Source: Thermodesulfobacteriota bacterium
GTDB lineage: Bacteria; Desulfobacterota_D; UBA1144; Nemesobacterales; UBA2774
Reading direction: 5' to 3'
NCBI GenBank assembly: GCA_035455615.1
Contig: DATIET010000249.1
Span: 1 to 36,542, forward strand
Length of the DNA stretch: 36,542 nucleotides
Shown here: positions 34,447 through 36,542 of the stretch, one piece after another
How the letters are laid out: every line of letters starts with the position of its first letter
Numbering within the stretch: position 1 is the first letter of the stretch
Program-made: the position numbers and the translations under genes
The notes under the pieces: generated by a model
What the model was told of the DNA's origin: nothing
What the model saw: the letters and a program-made list of their open reading frames with translations, nothing else
Databases searched by the model: none

Positions 34447-36507
34447 TTATTTTTTTGACGGCTTTTTAACCTTCTTGTTATTCAGCTTAAGGACTTCGTT
34501 CGCCTTTGCGACGACGTGATCGACTGTGAACCCGAACTCAGGCAGGAGGTCCGCTATGGGAGCCGATTCGCCGAACGTGTTTATGCCTATCGAGCCGCCC
34601 CCGTTGTCGGAGCCCACGTACCTGCACCAGCCGAACGTGGAGCCCATCTCCACAGACACCCTGGCCTTTACGGACGACGGCAGGACTTCTTCCTTGTAAT
34701 CCGCCGTCTGCATTTCGAAGAGAGACCATGAGGGTATGCTGACTACGCGCGCCTTGATCCCCTGCTTTTTCAGTATCTCGTATGCGCCCAGGCATAGCTG
34801 GACTTCAGAACCCGTGCCGATCAATATGACGTCAGGCCCGGGCTTGCTGTCGGCGAGAATATATGCGCCCTTTAAAGCGCCTTCGGCCGGGGCGTACAAG
34901 TGTCTATCGAAAGTGGGGACGTCCTGCCTCGTCAGTATCAGGGCTACAGGATGGTCTTTCGAACCCATTATATATTTCCACAACACACTTAATTCGTTAG
35001 CGTCGGCGGGCCTTACGACAGCGAGGTTGGGCATGGCTCTCAAAGACGCGAGGTGCTCGACGGGCTGGTGCGTGGGTCCGTCCTCGCCGAGACCAATACT
35101 GTCGTGAGTGAATATGAAAGTCACGGGGATCTGCATCAGGCTCGCGAGCCTGATCGTGGCCCTCATGTAGTCGGAAAATACGAAATACGTGGCCGTATAA
35201 GGCCGGAGCTTACTGAGCGCCATACCGTTCGCGACAGCTCCCATCGCGTTTTCTCTTATGCCGAAATGAAAGTTCCTGCCGTCGTATATCCCTTTCTCGA
35301 AGCTGGTAGCTCCATCAATGTATGTCTTCGTCGAAGAGCCGACATCAGCCGCGCCCCCCAGGAGGAACGGGTACACGGGGACTATGGCGTTCAGTATCTT
35401 GCTGTTGGCGGAGCGTGTCGCGGGCCCCTTCGGGTTCGGGGGGAACACCGGGAGGCATTTCTCCCACCCTTCGGGCATCTCCCTGTCCCGAAGCTCACGG
35501 AACTGCTTCGCCAGATCGGGATAGTCGCGCTCGTAGGCGCTTAATTTCTTATTCCATTCGTCCTCAAAGACGGCGCCTTTCCTGATAACGGTCTCCCTGT
35601 ATTCCTTCACCTCTTCGGGCACGTAGAATTTCTTGTCGGGGTCCCAGCCGTAATTTATCTTGGTCTTCCGTATCTCCTCGTCGCCGAGGGGCTCGCCGTG
35701 AGCCGCTGACGTGTCCTGTTTGTTGGGGCTCCCGTATCCGATGTGGCTGTCTACTATGATGAGAGACGGCTGCTCGTTCTCCTTGAACGCCCTTTCTATC
35801 GCCTCGGCCAGCATCTCGAGGTCGTTTGCGTCTCCGACACGCTGTACGTGCCAGTTGTATCCCATGAACCGGGCCGCCACGTCCTCGCTGAAAGCGAGCG
35901 CGGTGTGCCCTTCTATTGTTATGTGGTTGTTGTCGTAGAACCAGATGAGGTTGTTCAAGCCGAGGTGTCCCGCAAGCGAGGCAGCCTCGCCCGATATCCC
36001 CTCCATCATGCACCCGTCGCCGCAGATTGCGTAAATATTGTAGTTGATAATTTCGTGGCCCGGTTTGTTGAAGTATGCCGCGAGCCATTTCTCCGCGATC
36101 GCCATGCCGACCGACGTCGCGACTCCCTGGCCGAGTGGCCCCGTCGTAGTCTCTACCCCCGGTGCAAGGCCGTATTCCGGGTGGCCGGCGCACTTGCTGT
36201 GTAGCTGCCTGAACGTTTTTATATCGTGAAGAGATAGGTCGTAGCCGGTAATATGGAGGAGACTGTAGAGGAGCATCGATGCGTGGCCGTTCGAGAGCAC
36301 GAACCGGTCGCGGTTGGGCCAGTCGGGATTCTTGGGATTGAATTTCATGAACTTGTCCCAGATGGTGAACGCCACGGGGGCGAGCGCCATCGGCGTGCCC
36401 GGATGACCCGAATTCGCCTTTTGCACCGCGTCCATCGACAGGGTCCTTATGGTGTTTATTATCAGTTGCTCCAGTTTGTCTCTGCTCATCTTGGGTTTCG
36501 ACTCCAT
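34447..36507 (-). CDS. tkt: transketolase
   Basis: SGHPGTPMALAP and ICGDGCMMEGISGEA (ThDP motif), FGIRE, THDSIGLGEDGPTHQP. ATG 36507 has GGAGA 7 nt upstream; the ORF extends to 36522. Confidence 0.95.
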   Translation of the reverse strand: MESKPKMSRDKLEQLIINTIRTLSMDAVQKANSGHPGTPMALAPVAFTIWDKFMKFNPKNPDWPNRDRFVLSNGHASMLLYSLLHITGYDLSLHDIKTFRQLHSKCAGHPEYGLAPGVETTTGPLGQGVATSVGMAIAEKWLAAYFNKPGHEIINYNIYAICGDGCMMEGISGEAASLAGHLGLNNLIWFYDNNHITIEGHTALAFSEDVAARFMGYNWHVQRVGDANDLEMLAEAIERAFKENEQPSLIIVDSHIGYGSPNKQDTSAAHGEPLGDEEIRKTKINYGWDPDKKFYVPEEVKEYRETVIRKGAVFEDEWNKKLSAYERDYPDLAKQFRELRDREMPEGWEKCLPVFPPNPKGPATRSANSKILNAIVPVYPFLLGGAADVGSSTKTYIDGATSFEKGIYDGRNFHFGIRENAMGAVANGMALSKLRPYTATYFVFSDYMRATIRLASLMQIPVTFIFTHDSIGLGEDGPTHQPVEHLASLRAMPNLAVVRPADANELSVLWKYIMGSKDHPVALILTRQDVPTFDRHLYAPAEGALKGAYILADSKPGPDVILIGTGSEVQLCLGAYEILKKQGIKARVVSIPSWSLFEMQTADYKEEVLPSSVKARVSVEMGSTFGWCRYVGSDNGGGSIGINTFGESAPIADLLPEFGFTVDHVVAKANEVLKLNNKKVKKPSKK

Positions 36508-36542
36508 ATCGTTTCTCCTCATTTATAATTTTGAGAACTATT

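Overview
This is a 36.5-kb, gene-dense chromosomal segment from a moderately GC-rich bacterium; I cannot assign a taxon from the sequence alone. I support about 34 protein genes. I saw no rRNA, tRNA, IS/transposase/integrase or CRISPR array. All calls come from by-eye motif recognition on the supplied translations and hand-folding of intergenic DNA; no searches were run, and start codons and promoters are the least certain parts.

Gene order, left to right:
- Minus strand: an alpha/beta-hydrolase fragment, ruvX, a lipoprotein, a small Cys protein, arfB, amt (with a sigma-54-type promoter), and a yhdH/acuI-like reductase.
- Plus strand: a c-di-GMP-I (GEMM-I) riboswitch with its own promoter and terminator, in front of a secreted GSDH-type beta-propeller protein.
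- A divergent thiC/tsaD pair, then a Dabb protein.
- An atypical ABC exporter, followed closely by a galactokinase-family sugar-1-kinase and a sugar-1-P nucleotidyltransferase whose coding regions overlap by 4 nt.
- An AT-richer patch holding a Cys-tailed MarR-type regulator, a triplicated palindromic operator and a divergent sigma-70-family factor, then a beta-carbonic anhydrase.
- ispH, an AT-rich alpha/beta hydrolase, an SDR, TauE plus a P-loop kinase, and an AzgA-type purine permease.
- A polyamine block: aguB, aguA and a deoxyhypusine-synthase-like gene.
- A complete pentose-phosphate supra-operon on the minus strand: tkt, a tal-pgi fusion, a HAD phosphatase, rpiA, rpe, zwf, pgl.

Most of the window is housekeeping. 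Four parts deserve a second look:
1. The GEMM-I riboswitch and its secreted effector gene.
2. The MarR(Cys6)-operator-sigma module.
3. The ABC exporter with a large TM1-TM2 insertion, linked to a sugar-1-kinase/nucleotidyltransferase pair.
4. The aguBA + DHS-like block with a structured leader.
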